From: Thermoplasmatota archaeon | GTDB taxonomy: Archaea > Thermoplasmatota > E2 > DHVEG-1 > B18-G2 | Reading direction: 5' to 3' | Length of the DNA stretch: 33,084 bases | Assembly (NCBI GenBank): GCA_029259115.1 | Contig: JAPDJO010000092.1 | Coordinates: 1 to 33,084 of the forward strand | Part shown: in pieces, positions 17,155-26,237 of the stretch | Layout: every line of letters begins with the position of its first letter | Position numbering within the stretch: the first letter of the stretch is position 1 | Notes under the pieces: generated by a model | Databases searched by the model: none | Told to the model about the DNA's origin: nothing | The model's input: the letters and a program-made list of their open reading frames with translations, nothing else | Program-made: the position numbers and the translations under genes

Positions 17155-19413
17155 ATGGCTTACTTGATATATGTAAAGGGCATAGTGCAGGGAGTGGGAT
17201 TTCGACCCTTTGTATACAGATTAGCAAGGGGTTTGGGATTAAAGGGTTACGTTAAAAACCTTGGAGATGCCGGCGTTAAGATAGTCATCGATGGTGAAAA
17301 GAAAAGTATAGAAAAGTTTATCAGGGATCTGAAGGAAAAAGCTCCTCCAGTAAGCAATGTATCAGATGTAGATATAAGAGAGATTGATGCTGAATTTGAA
17401 AATGATTTCATTATTTTGGAAAGTGATCTTTCAAAGGAAAGTGAATTTTCTCTAATACCTCCAGATATAGGAATATGTGAAGATTGTAAAAGAGAGCTAT
17501 TAGATCCAAGGAATAGAAGATACCTTCATTTCTTCATAACCTGCACGAACTGCGGACCAAGATTTACCACTATCTACTCTCTACCATATGATAGAGAAAG
17601 GACAAGCATGAAAGATTTCGAGATGTGCAAAAGATGCAAAAATGAATACACTGATCCCATGGACAGAAGATTTCATGCACAAACTATTGCTTGCAACAAT
17701 TGCGGTCCTCGAGTTTTTCTGTCAGATGGAAAAAAAATCCTCCTTGAAGGAATTGAAGCTGTAAATCGTGCCAGCGAATTGCTAGGAGAAGACAAAATAA
17801 TAGCTGTCAAAGGGTATGGAGGTTTTCATATAGCATGTTCTGCTGAGAATGATGAAATGGTTTTAAAACTAAGAGAACTCCTTGGAAGGAAGCAACAGCC
17901 TTTCGCGATAATGGTTAGAGATTTGGAAAGCCTAAGGAAAATTGTTGAATTTGATGAAAGAGCAGAAGAACTGCTGAAATCGTATGTTAGACCAATAGTG
18001 ATACTGAAAAGGAAGGGAAATGCTGTATCCGAGCATGTCGCTCCTGGATTGCATACTTTAGGCGTAATGCTTCCATACTCAGCGCTTCACTTGCTTCTTT
18101 TTAGAAAAAACAGGCTCAAAGCGTTAGTTATGACCAGTGCAAATAAGCCTGGTTACCCTATGATTATAGATGAGAAGGATGCATTTGAAAAACTCAAAGG
18201 GATCGTCGATTACTTTTTGTTTCACAATAGAAAAATCGTACAGAGATGTGATGATTCAGTAATAGGATTTGTGGGAGGAAAAGAAACCAAATTTAGAAGA
18301 TCGAGGGGTTTTGTTCCTTTACCTGTAGAGGTGAAATATACCAAAGATAAAACTATCCTCTCAACGGGTGCAGATACTGATGTAACGTTCTGCATACTTA
18401 AAAAGGGAAAAGCCTTTTTATCTCAGCATATAGGAGATACAAGTAAACATGAAACCATGGATTTCTTCAAAGAATCTCTACAGCATTTTATAGATTTATT
18501 TGATTTTGATGTAAATGCAATCGCAAGCGACTTACATCCAAAATTTTCAACAACTCTTTTTGCAAAGGAATACAGCGAATCTAGAGGTATTCCACATATA
18601 AAGGTTCAGCATCATCATGCCCATATGGCTTCTCTGATGGTTGAACATAACATGGATGAAATGGTATGCATAACAGCTGATGGTTTTGGATATGGAATAG
18701 ATGGTACAGCTTGGGGAGGAGAGGTTTTATATGGAGATTTTAATGATTTCAAAAGACCAGCTCATCTTGAAACTCAACCAATGGTTGGTGGGGATCTAGC
18801 TACACTCTATCCCCTAAGAATGGCAGCCGGAATAGTAAAAAATGAAGAGATTTACGATTTTCTTATGTCAAGGAAAGACAAGTTTCCACATGGAGAAAAA
18901 GAGATAGAGATTATTTTTAAACAGTTAAAAAGCAAAAACTATCAGATAACAACAAGTTGTGGAAGAATCTTAGATGCTGCGGCTGCGATTTTAGATATAT
19001 GTCACAAGAGAACCTATGAGGGAGAACCTGCAAGAAAACTGGAGGCTATCGCTATAGGTGGAAAATATGTTATTGACCTAGAACCTGACATAAAGGGAAA
19101 GATTCTAAGAACTTCTCCATTGCTGGAAGAAATCTTCGAACACAGGGACAAATTTCCCATAAAGGACCTCGCCTATTCAGTAGAAGAATATATAGCAAGA
19201 GGGTTTGCCGAGTTAGCTATAGAAATTGCTGAAGAGGAGGGAGTAAAATACATAGGTTTCTCAGGAGGATGTGCCTACAATAATCATCTCTTATCAACGA
19301 TAAAAAGGATCGTAGAAAAGAGAAAGTTCATCTTCCTGCAACATGAAAAGGTCCCACCTGGAGATGGTGGCATATCTCTAGGTCAAGTAGTAATAGCTGC
19401 TAGCAGTATCTAG
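17155..19413 (+). CDS. hypF: [NiFe]-hydrogenase maturation carbamoyltransferase HypF
   Basis: Acylphosphatase motif GIVQGVGFRPF, two CxxC..CxxC Zn fingers, QHHHAH, DGFGYG, PGDGGISLGQ. Confidence 0.97.
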   Translation: MAYLIYVKGIVQGVGFRPFVYRLARGLGLKGYVKNLGDAGVKIVIDGEKKSIEKFIRDLKEKAPPVSNVSDVDIREIDAEFENDFIILESDLSKESEFSLIPPDIGICEDCKRELLDPRNRRYLHFFITCTNCGPRFTTIYSLPYDRERTSMKDFEMCKRCKNEYTDPMDRRFHAQTIACNNCGPRVFLSDGKKILLEGIEAVNRASELLGEDKIIAVKGYGGFHIACSAENDEMVLKLRELLGRKQQPFAIMVRDLESLRKIVEFDERAEELLKSYVRPIVILKRKGNAVSEHVAPGLHTLGVMLPYSALHLLLFRKNRLKALVMTSANKPGYPMIIDEKDAFEKLKGIVDYFLFHNRKIVQRCDDSVIGFVGGKETKFRRSRGFVPLPVEVKYTKDKTILSTGADTDVTFCILKKGKAFLSQHIGDTSKHETMDFFKESLQHFIDLFDFDVNAIASDLHPKFSTTLFAKEYSESRGIPHIKVQHHHAHMASLMVEHNMDEMVCITADGFGYGIDGTAWGGEVLYGDFNDFKRPAHLETQPMVGGDLATLYPLRMAAGIVKNEEIYDFLMSRKDKFPHGEKEIEIIFKQLKSKNYQITTSCGRILDAAAAILDICHKRTYEGEPARKLEAIAIGGKYVIDLEPDIKGKILRTSPLLEEIFEHRDKFPIKDLAYSVEEYIARGFAELAIEIAEEEGVKYIGFSGGCAYNNHLLSTIKRIVEKRKFIFLQHEKVPPGDGGISLGQVVIAASSI

Positions 19414-19482
19414 ATAAAGTGATAGATTCTATGATTTGGAAAAGAAAATACTTTTTAGAGAGAAAAAGCATCAGAATCCGAT

Positions 19483-20796
19483 ATGAAATCAAATGATGAT
19501 ACTAACATTGTGAAAGCATCTCCAGGCTACTACAACGAATATCCTATACCAAGGACTCTAGTAAAATCATTTTTCATAAGATTGTTGGCTTTGGTTACAT
19601 ATTATGTGTCGTTTGTAGCACTAATGGCAATCGTGATTTTCTCTCTAATGTGTTATTTTAATATCAAAACTCCATCAGGCAAAATTACAGATTTGATTAT
19701 AGTATCTTTTCTGCTTGCTTTGATAATCAGTGTTATACCTTGCCAAGATATCCTCTCACCTTCTCTTCCTGGGAAGGTGTTTATGGCAATTTACAGACGA
19801 TTTGGTGTTACAGACAAATATCTGGATTTAAATGGCTCACTTACGTTTGCGGTGTTACCAATCGTCAAATGGATCGAGAAAAATGTCAGATGCCCAAACT
19901 GTGGAAGAAAAATAAAGGAAGTGAAATATTATTTTTGGACAAAATCCCTATTTAAATTCGATATCTGGTGTGAGAGATGCGGCTATAAGGAATTAAAGAC
20001 AGGAACCTTTGATACTGTGTTGAAATTTTCTATTCCTGCATACAGACTACCTAGCCTGTCGAAGCCCTCACATTTTGGTATACTCGATGCGATATGCGAC
20101 GGAAGGATCACAGAAGGTGACATATGGAGAGAAATCTCGGAAGATGAAATCTCTTCTGAGCTAAGAAAGATGGTGGAGGAGGTAAAGAAACAATTCATAG
20201 TTACTCAGGTAACTTACAGGTATAAAAATAAAAAATTTGAAGAAATTTTCTATCCTCCTCTCTCAATATACCCCTTTTTCGTATATGGGGATAAATTTGC
20301 TATCTGTAAGATAGATGATACCCTGATCAATGAGATACTGGTTTCGAGGAAAGAGATCTTGTTTCTGAACTACAATTACACCGGAGAATACATTTTTCTT
20401 GAATATTCTCCTCGTTCAAAGAGGTTTATCGATCTACGTTCGGAAGAGTTAGATGGGACGAAGGTAACAGACACAACAAGAAGGTTATATGTAATGTTGA
20501 ATAATGACAGAGAGTTGCGTGAAAAGTTGAAAAGTTACATGAAGGATAATCTATTTATAGGAAGCAGGAAAAGAAGGTTGTGTTTCGAGGAGTTGAGAGA
20601 ATATCTATTAAGATACAGACCAGAATACAGTTTGGCTGAGGCGGATTTCTTCGAAAAAGAAAAGGAGGCGATAGTAGGTGTACATATATCTACAGCCTAT
20701 TCGCTTGCTCGTGACAGGATAAAACTGCGACCCGAATATTTTGACATAGCAAGAAGAATTCTAGAATATGTGCTTTCAGATCAGCAGAAATCATGA
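19483..20796 (+). CDS. Orphan membrane protein with Zn-ribbon
   Basis: Two N-terminal hydrophobic helices, CPNC-x19-CERC, then a long soluble domain I do not recognise. Confidence 0.75.
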   Translation: MKSNDDTNIVKASPGYYNEYPIPRTLVKSFFIRLLALVTYYVSFVALMAIVIFSLMCYFNIKTPSGKITDLIIVSFLLALIISVIPCQDILSPSLPGKVFMAIYRRFGVTDKYLDLNGSLTFAVLPIVKWIEKNVRCPNCGRKIKEVKYYFWTKSLFKFDIWCERCGYKELKTGTFDTVLKFSIPAYRLPSLSKPSHFGILDAICDGRITEGDIWREISEDEISSELRKMVEEVKKQFIVTQVTYRYKNKKFEEIFYPPLSIYPFFVYGDKFAICKIDDTLINEILVSRKEILFLNYNYTGEYIFLEYSPRSKRFIDLRSEELDGTKVTDTTRRLYVMLNNDRELREKLKSYMKDNLFIGSRKRRLCFEELREYLLRYRPEYSLAEADFFEKEKEAIVGVHISTAYSLARDRIKLRPEYFDIARRILEYVLSDQQKS

Positions 20797-20860
20797 GTCA
20801 TCTTTTTGCTTAATGTGATATCAATCTGGAATCAAATGACGGCTTTACTTCATAAGCACC

Positions 20861-21038
20861 AAGGAGGTTAAATGTATAGGCTTTTCTCGGGGGATGTGCC
20901 TATAATAATCACATTTTATCAAGAATAAAGAAAATTGTGGAGGAGAGAGGTTTTATATTTTTGCAGCATGAGAAAGTACCCCCGGGAGATGGTGGCATAT
21001 CTTTGGGACAGGCATTGATAGTCGCTAGTAGACTATGA
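20861..21038 (+). pseudogene. hypF: Frameshifted remnant of a hypF 3' end
   Basis: KEVKCIGF, then one extra nt, then GGCAYNNHILSRIKKIVEERGFIFLQHEKVPPGDGGISLGQALIVASRL*; 39/49 aa identical (hand count) to the end of hypF at 19264-19413. Confidence 0.9.
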
Positions 21039-21052
21039 TAAAAGTGTTTAAG

Positions 21053-21138
21053 CGCCGAGGGGGAGATTTGAACTCCCGAGGGCAGAATTGCCCACAGGCT
21101 CTCCAGGCCTGCGCCTTACCGGACTAGGCTACCTCGGC
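21053..21138 (-). tRNA. tRNA-Ser (anticodon GGA)
   Basis: Acceptor stem GCCGAGG/CCTCGGC, discriminator G, anticodon arm CAGGC-CT-GGA-GA-GCCTG, long variable arm GGGCA-ATTC-TGCCC. Confidence 0.97.
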
Positions 21139-21166
21139 AGGGGCAAAGGAAAATGGAATAGAGGTT

Positions 21167-22162
21167 TTAACCTTTTTTCCAGAGAGCTGGATATATACCT
21201 CTATCCATTATGACTCTCTCTGGTATCACACAAACTCCTTTATCTCTCTGCAACATCTCTTCTGTACTCATGTTTGCTCTGCCTACCATAACAGCTTCTC
21301 CTTTTAGAGTTAAGACAGCAACCGTATCTCCCCTCTTTATATCTGAGTCTACTTCCAAAACACCTGGTAGGGTTAGACTTGCACCATGACAGAGAGCATC
21401 TACAGCTGAATCCCTAACCACTACCTTTGGTAGATGATCTAACATTCTCTCTATAGGTTTTATGCATCTTCTTATCTCTTCCTCATAGCCATCTTCCCTC
21501 CACATCTCGTAAGCATCTTTCAGGTCTTGGAGTATTATACTCTCTTTCTCGTCTATGGTACCTACCTTTGTTCTCCTTAACTCTTGTAGGTGGGCGCCAA
21601 CTCCTAACTTTTTGCCTATATCTACGCATAACGTTCTTATATAAGTTCCAGCCTCGCAACCAACGCGGAATAAAACCTCTCTGCCCTCGATCTCCAAGAT
21701 ATCGAGATAATATACTCTTCTTTTTCTTCTAACCCTTTTGACGGCAGACTTTACCGGAGGTACTTGATAGATATCTCCCACAAATCTTTTGAATGTTGAT
21801 CTAAGGAGATTCTCACTAACATCTCTGTGCAATCTCATTATACCAACATACTCTTTACCAGCGGTTAATAATACTTTCAATACCTTTGTTCCTCTATTCA
21901 CAGCAACAGGTAATACCCCTGTAACTCTTGGATCTAAGGTTCCCCCATGACCTACCCTATTTGCATTAAGTATATCTCTAACCCATGAGACAACTTGGTG
22001 AGATGTTGGTCCAGATGGTTTATCGAGGTTTATCATTCCCATATCTAACAATTCTTCAACGCTTCTCTCTTCTGGTCTTTTACCGTAAAGTGGATTTGTC
22101 TTTCCAAAGGCTCTAACTAATCTTCTTCTCCTCCTACAAGATGGTAAAATCCTATCCTCCAT
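21167..22162 (-). CDS. cbf5: H/ACA RNA-guided pseudouridine synthase Cbf5 (TruB family)
   Basis: DKPSGPTSHQV, GHGGTLDP (catalytic Asp), GTYIRTLC, LQELRRT; C-terminal PUA domain. Confidence 0.96.
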   Translation of the reverse strand: MEDRILPSCRRRRRLVRAFGKTNPLYGKRPEERSVEELLDMGMINLDKPSGPTSHQVVSWVRDILNANRVGHGGTLDPRVTGVLPVAVNRGTKVLKVLLTAGKEYVGIMRLHRDVSENLLRSTFKRFVGDIYQVPPVKSAVKRVRRKRRVYYLDILEIEGREVLFRVGCEAGTYIRTLCVDIGKKLGVGAHLQELRRTKVGTIDEKESIILQDLKDAYEMWREDGYEEEIRRCIKPIERMLDHLPKVVVRDSAVDALCHGASLTLPGVLEVDSDIKRGDTVAVLTLKGEAVMVGRANMSTEEMLQRDKGVCVIPERVIMDRGIYPALWKKG

Positions 22163-22691
22163 GCTCCCCCTTCAAGGAACTTAGTATGATGTTAACTATC
22201 TCATCAGGACTTTTATCACTCGTATCTATAACCAAATCGTATATTGATTCATCGTCTATATCAATACCATAGTATTCTCTGTACCTCTTAGCCTCACTCT
22301 TTTCTCTCTCTACCATCTCTTTTCGTCTCTTCTCTCTATCTCCACCTTCTCTTTTGATTATTCTATCCAATCTTGTTTCTCTATCAGCTTTAAGTAAAAT
22401 CTTGAATGCAGATATATTATTAAGATGAGCTAACCATCCAGATAATCTACCCTCGAGGATTACATTGCCTTTCCTGAGAATTTCTACCTGATAATTATCC
22501 AGTTCCTTGTCTATCTCTGGATGCTTTTCACAATACCTACTAAAATCAGAAAGTGACATACCTCTCTTTTCAGCTTCTTTCCTAAATATCTCGCCAGCAT
22601 AAATGTGGGGAAGCTTCAATTTCTCACTAAGTAGTTTTGATATAGTCGTAGTACCAGATCCCGGTGGACCACTTACGGTTATGGTTAACAT
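22152..22691 (-). CDS. cmk: Archaeal cytidylate kinase
   Basis: SGPPGSGTTT, AGEIFR, EGRLSGW, RYREYYGIDI; conserved gene position. Confidence 0.93.
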   Translation of the reverse strand: MLTITVSGPPGSGTTTISKLLSEKLKLPHIYAGEIFRKEAEKRGMSLSDFSRYCEKHPEIDKELDNYQVEILRKGNVILEGRLSGWLAHLNNISAFKILLKADRETRLDRIIKREGGDREKRRKEMVEREKSEAKRYREYYGIDIDDESIYDLVIDTSDKSPDEIVNIILSSLKGEHGG

Positions 22692-23354
22692 TCAACTTGT
22701 AGAAACTTTCCCCATTTTTATCCTTTGCCACTTGCCTGAAACTTTCAGGTATTTTAAAACCTGCCTAATAACTTGTCCAACAACCGTGGAGAATATTATG
22801 TAAAACAAAAACCAGTTTGATATTATCACAAAACTCCTACCAGTAAAAGGCACATAGTCAGCCCATGGCGTTGTAAAGTATAGATATGGAGCTCTTTGTA
22901 AAAAATACATCAACCATATAAATATGGGTGCTATGAATATCATAACGAATATCATCTGTTTGCTCATACCTGCGCTCGATTGACTTTGTAACTGCAGTAT
23001 CTTTGGTTGAAGTTTCATAAGCTGTTTTATTCTCTCGCTATCATTGTTCTTTCTAGCTTTCCTGAGTTCCTCTTGGTAGTATTTAGCTACCTCCTGAGCT
23101 CTCGCTAAAGACTTCCAGTCCATAAACATGTTTGTAAAGATTGAGCTCAAGGTTATCATGATGATACCTGCTATTGCTATCGTTAGAATAGGATAGCTAG
23201 CATTGAAACCAATAATAGGATAAAATATAGAATCTACGCCTAGAGCTATAGCCATTCTTATTCCCGGATTTGCTATTATTATCATTACCATGAATAATAT
23301 TAAAAATGGCAGCATGAAGCCGGTAGTGCTTGGCTGTTGAGTTTTAGCTTTCAT
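22692..23354 (-). CDS. DUF106 / EMC3-TMCO1 (Oxa1 superfamily) membrane insertase
   Basis: TM-coiled coil-TM-TM layout, terminal W..FYIIFS; conserved position between adk and cmk. Confidence 0.88.
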   Translation of the reverse strand: MKAKTQQPSTTGFMLPFLILFMVMIIIANPGIRMAIALGVDSIFYPIIGFNASYPILTIAIAGIIMITLSSIFTNMFMDWKSLARAQEVAKYYQEELRKARKNNDSERIKQLMKLQPKILQLQSQSSAGMSKQMIFVMIFIAPIFIWLMYFLQRAPYLYFTTPWADYVPFTGRSFVIISNWFLFYIIFSTVVGQVIRQVLKYLKVSGKWQRIKMGKVSTS

Positions 23355-23907
23355 ACAAACCCTTCAGAACAGGTTCCGCCTGCTTAACAGCTTCATCTAA
23401 GGCGTTATCATGATTGTAAACTATCTTTACAGTGGCTCCAGTTAAAGCTGCGTAGGCCATTGCTATAGCTCTGTTTATCTGTTGATGCTCGGCTATCTCC
23501 TCTATGCTATCTGGATCTCTCTTTCTTGTTTTGTCTTTCTCTCTTCTCCTATAGATCTCCTCGGGATCAGCTTCGACTATAACTATAGTCCTTGGTTTTA
23601 ATCTGGTTATAACCCACTCTGGTAAGCCAGGCATGTATCCCTGGGGAGTCTTTATTGTACAGTGGGTATCAACTATAACATTTCCCATCTTTGCCACTTC
23701 CTCGGCTGTCTTTATCTGAAGTTCCCTTTGCTTCTCTAAAGGTAGCTTCCTCATTTCATCTCTATCATTTGCCCATCCTAGTCTCCTGGCTATCTCTATC
23801 ATTACGGTGCCAAAAGTTACAAATTTGATATCCATTCCTTCTGCAGCTTTTTGCATAACCGTAGTTTTTCCTACACCTGGTATACCCGTAACCACAATCA
23901 CTCCCAT
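23344..23907 (-). CDS. adkA: Archaeal adenylate kinase
   Basis: TGIPGVGKTT, RDEMRKL, VDTH, GYMPGLP. Confidence 0.96.
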   Translation of the reverse strand: MGVIVVTGIPGVGKTTVMQKAAEGMDIKFVTFGTVMIEIARRLGWANDRDEMRKLPLEKQRELQIKTAEEVAKMGNVIVDTHCTIKTPQGYMPGLPEWVITRLKPRTIVIVEADPEEIYRRREKDKTRKRDPDSIEEIAEHQQINRAIAMAYAALTGATVKIVYNHDNALDEAVKQAEPVLKGLYES

Positions 23908-23915
23908 CTTATCAC

Positions 23916-25448
23916 CTATCCTTTACCAAAGAACTGTCTTAATACCGGATGCATATCCATTGCCTGTTCTCTTGCTATATCTTCGTATAATCTTATGAGA
24001 ATACCAACCATTAGCAAAACTCCAGTACCAGATGTTCTACCTATGGTACCTATTGCATCAGCAAAAGCTGCCAAAGCTCCTACTGTAGCACCACCTATCA
24101 CAGTAACAGCTGGAATGTATCTTTCTAGGATTTTCCTCAGGATCCTTGGATCTCTCCTGAATCCAGGTATGTGCATATCTGATTGCTGAATCTGTCTAGC
24201 AATGGCTGCAGGGCCCATATCTGTGGTTTCTATCCAGAATTTCGCAAACAAGATAGATCCAAAGATGTAAAGAGATAAATAAATGATGAAATGCAGAGCG
24301 TGCTGCCAAGGAGCATGGGTGTCACCAGCTATTCTGAATCCTAACATCGGTAAAAGCCAGCCGGTTACGCCATTGAGAGGAGATAAGTACCAAACAGCGC
24401 CCATGGTAGGTCTTGAATGTCCAGGAGGATATGTTCCCAGCCACCATTTTCCACCTAGAAGAGGTATATCTGGATGAGTGTAAAATATCAAGGCAAACAT
24501 GTTTATGTTTGCGAGAAGAGCAGACATTAGAATCACTGGAATGTTGGATGCATATATCAACCTTATAGGATATCTACCTCTTGCCCCTCTTGCTAAACCA
24601 TGAGCTAAAGGTAGCTCTATCCTGCTAGACTCAGCGTAGACTACAAAGAAGAATATAATGAGAGTACCTAGTAGAGCAACTATAGAATTGGCATGGAATA
24701 TGAATATATCTCCAAATCCTTTACTAACCAATCCTCCCACAGTATAATGAGATGCTATATAGTATGCTCCAGGTATCAGGCCCGCTGGGGGATTTCTCAT
24801 GCTCAAAGGCAAGTTTGGATTTACAGGTAACCAGTTCAGAAGACCTGTAACTATAGCTTCTGAAACTCCAGCTGCTATAAAGAGAGAAACCCCGGAACCT
24901 ATCCCCCACTTTGATATCAACTCATCCATAAGATAGACTATCAAAGCACCCATGAAAAGTTGCAAAACTATAAGAGCTCTAGCTGTAAACTCACCTCCAA
25001 CCATATCTATGAATCTATCACTAGGGGATAGGTAACCAAAGACTTGGGGTATTGCCTCAACGAATATCATGATAATGATCAGGATTTTTTGAAATCCTTG
25101 ATATATCATCTTATCTTCGCTCTTTGTCAGGTCTAAATTAATTATCTTTGCACCAACGAATAATTGTAGTATAATGGATGCTGTGACTATAGGTCCAATA
25201 CCTAAGTGAACCAAACTACCGCTTGCTCCAGCCATCACTGCTCTGAAGCCTGCAAACATATCTACGGTTGTTGGCGATAGACCATATATCGTGATCTGGG
25301 TGAGGATGTAGTATATTATGAGGCATAAAATTGTCCAAAATAGTTTTGTCTTAAAAGGAACATAACCCTCGGGTCTAGCTACGGCTGGCCATCTTTCTAT
25401 AATGGGTTTGAGGACAAAGAGTTTACTTTTTCCTCTTTCCTCTGCCAT
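23916..25448 (-). CDS. secY: Preprotein translocase SecY
   Basis: LGIGPIVTASII, KWGIGSGVSLFI, YASNIPVIL, IPGFRR, SGTGVLL. Confidence 0.98.
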   Translation of the reverse strand: MAEERGKSKLFVLKPIIERWPAVARPEGYVPFKTKLFWTILCLIIYYILTQITIYGLSPTTVDMFAGFRAVMAGASGSLVHLGIGPIVTASIILQLFVGAKIINLDLTKSEDKMIYQGFQKILIIIMIFVEAIPQVFGYLSPSDRFIDMVGGEFTARALIVLQLFMGALIVYLMDELISKWGIGSGVSLFIAAGVSEAIVTGLLNWLPVNPNLPLSMRNPPAGLIPGAYYIASHYTVGGLVSKGFGDIFIFHANSIVALLGTLIIFFFVVYAESSRIELPLAHGLARGARGRYPIRLIYASNIPVILMSALLANINMFALIFYTHPDIPLLGGKWWLGTYPPGHSRPTMGAVWYLSPLNGVTGWLLPMLGFRIAGDTHAPWQHALHFIIYLSLYIFGSILFAKFWIETTDMGPAAIARQIQQSDMHIPGFRRDPRILRKILERYIPAVTVIGGATVGALAAFADAIGTIGRTSGTGVLLMVGILIRLYEDIAREQAMDMHPVLRQFFGKG

Positions 25449-25452
25449 GCGA

Positions 25453-25845
25453 TCACTCTATAATTACAACCTCTCCTCCTTTTTCTTCAATTTTTCTTAT
25501 AGCTCTATCAGTAGCCTTTGGAACTATGATTTTGACTTTGGTCTTTATCTCTCCTTTTCCGAGTAACTTATCGAAACCCTCCTCTTTCAAATTTATTTCT
25601 TTCCTATCGGGGAACAATCTCTCTATATCTCCAACATTTATAGCTTTTACCTCTTTTTTATCAAACGATCTTTTAAACCCTCTTCTGCCGAAATGATCTC
25701 TCATGTATTTCAAAACATGCATATATTTGTGTTTGTGCAGTCCAGCGTTTCCTCTTCCTCCTCTTAATCCAGCTCCCCTTCCTGCCTTTTTTCCTCTCCC
25801 ATGCGTTCTTGATCCTCTTCGTTTCTTTGTCTTATCGCGAACCAT
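25453..25845 (-). CDS. rpl15: 50S ribosomal protein uL15
   Basis: RGSRTHGRG, RGAGLRGGRGNAG, INVG, KLLGKG, KIEEKGG; AGGTGA SD. Confidence 0.96.
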   Translation of the reverse strand: MVRDKTKKRRGSRTHGRGKKAGRGAGLRGGRGNAGLHKHKYMHVLKYMRDHFGRRGFKRSFDKKEVKAINVGDIERLFPDRKEINLKEEGFDKLLGKGEIKTKVKIIVPKATDRAIRKIEEKGGEVVIIE

Positions 25846-25909
25846 GATTTCACCTTTTTAGAGTAAAAACCGAGAAAGCAGATACAGTTATATATTATTA
25901 TCTTTTCGA

Positions 25910-26077
25910 TTACGGCTCTACAAATCCAATGGTTTTGCTTATTGTAACAACTCTGTTTGTTTTTTCGGCAGCCTTTTCTGCTTCTTTTCTTGCCTCATCT
26001 AGGGTTCCTCTTATGTACATTATATTTTCCCCATCGTCTAGGATATACTCCTCTTCTTTGCTCTTTACGTATCTCAT
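25910..26077 (-). CDS. 55-aa small protein absent from the ORF track
   Basis: MRYVKSKEEEYILDDGENIMYIRGTLDEARKEAEKAAEKTNRVVTISKTIGFVEP*; fills the gap, host-like codons, TTTAAAA box about 25-30 nt upstream of the ATG. Confidence 0.7.
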   Translation of the reverse strand: MRYVKSKEEEYILDDGENIMYIRGTLDEARKEAEKAAEKTNRVVTISKTIGFVEP

Positions 26078-26162
26078 ACAGGATTATGAAATCCTACAGA
26101 AGTTTTAAAGATTATCTTTTATCAAAAATTTAAATATTGGTAACTATTTTATCACTTCTCAC

Positions 26163-26234
26163 GGGCTCGTAGATCAGCGGTAGATCGCCCCCTTGGCATG
26201 GGGGAGGCCTGGGGTTCGAATCCCCACGAGTCCA
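26163..26234 (+). tRNA. tRNA-Ala (anticodon GGC)
   Basis: Acceptor stem GGGCTCG/CGAGTCC with G3:U70, anticodon arm CCCCC-TT-GGC-AT-GGGGG; TTTAAATA box upstream. Confidence 0.97.
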
Positions 26235-26237
26235 TCT

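Noticed and set aside
17093-17227. mtnA N-terminal extension overlapping hypF head-to-head
   Set aside because: MtnA similarity begins at MKINGKDYRSLW (17092); the extension is antisense to the conserved hypF start.
20797-20860. Possible structured sRNA between the orphan gene and the hypF remnant
   Set aside because: Only short, imperfect, non-nested complementarities; no convincing C/D or H/ACA boxes.
19414-21138. Integrase-type element at tRNA-Ser
   Set aside because: I found no duplicate of the tRNA 3' end and no recombinase; the repeated sequence is hypF, not tRNA.
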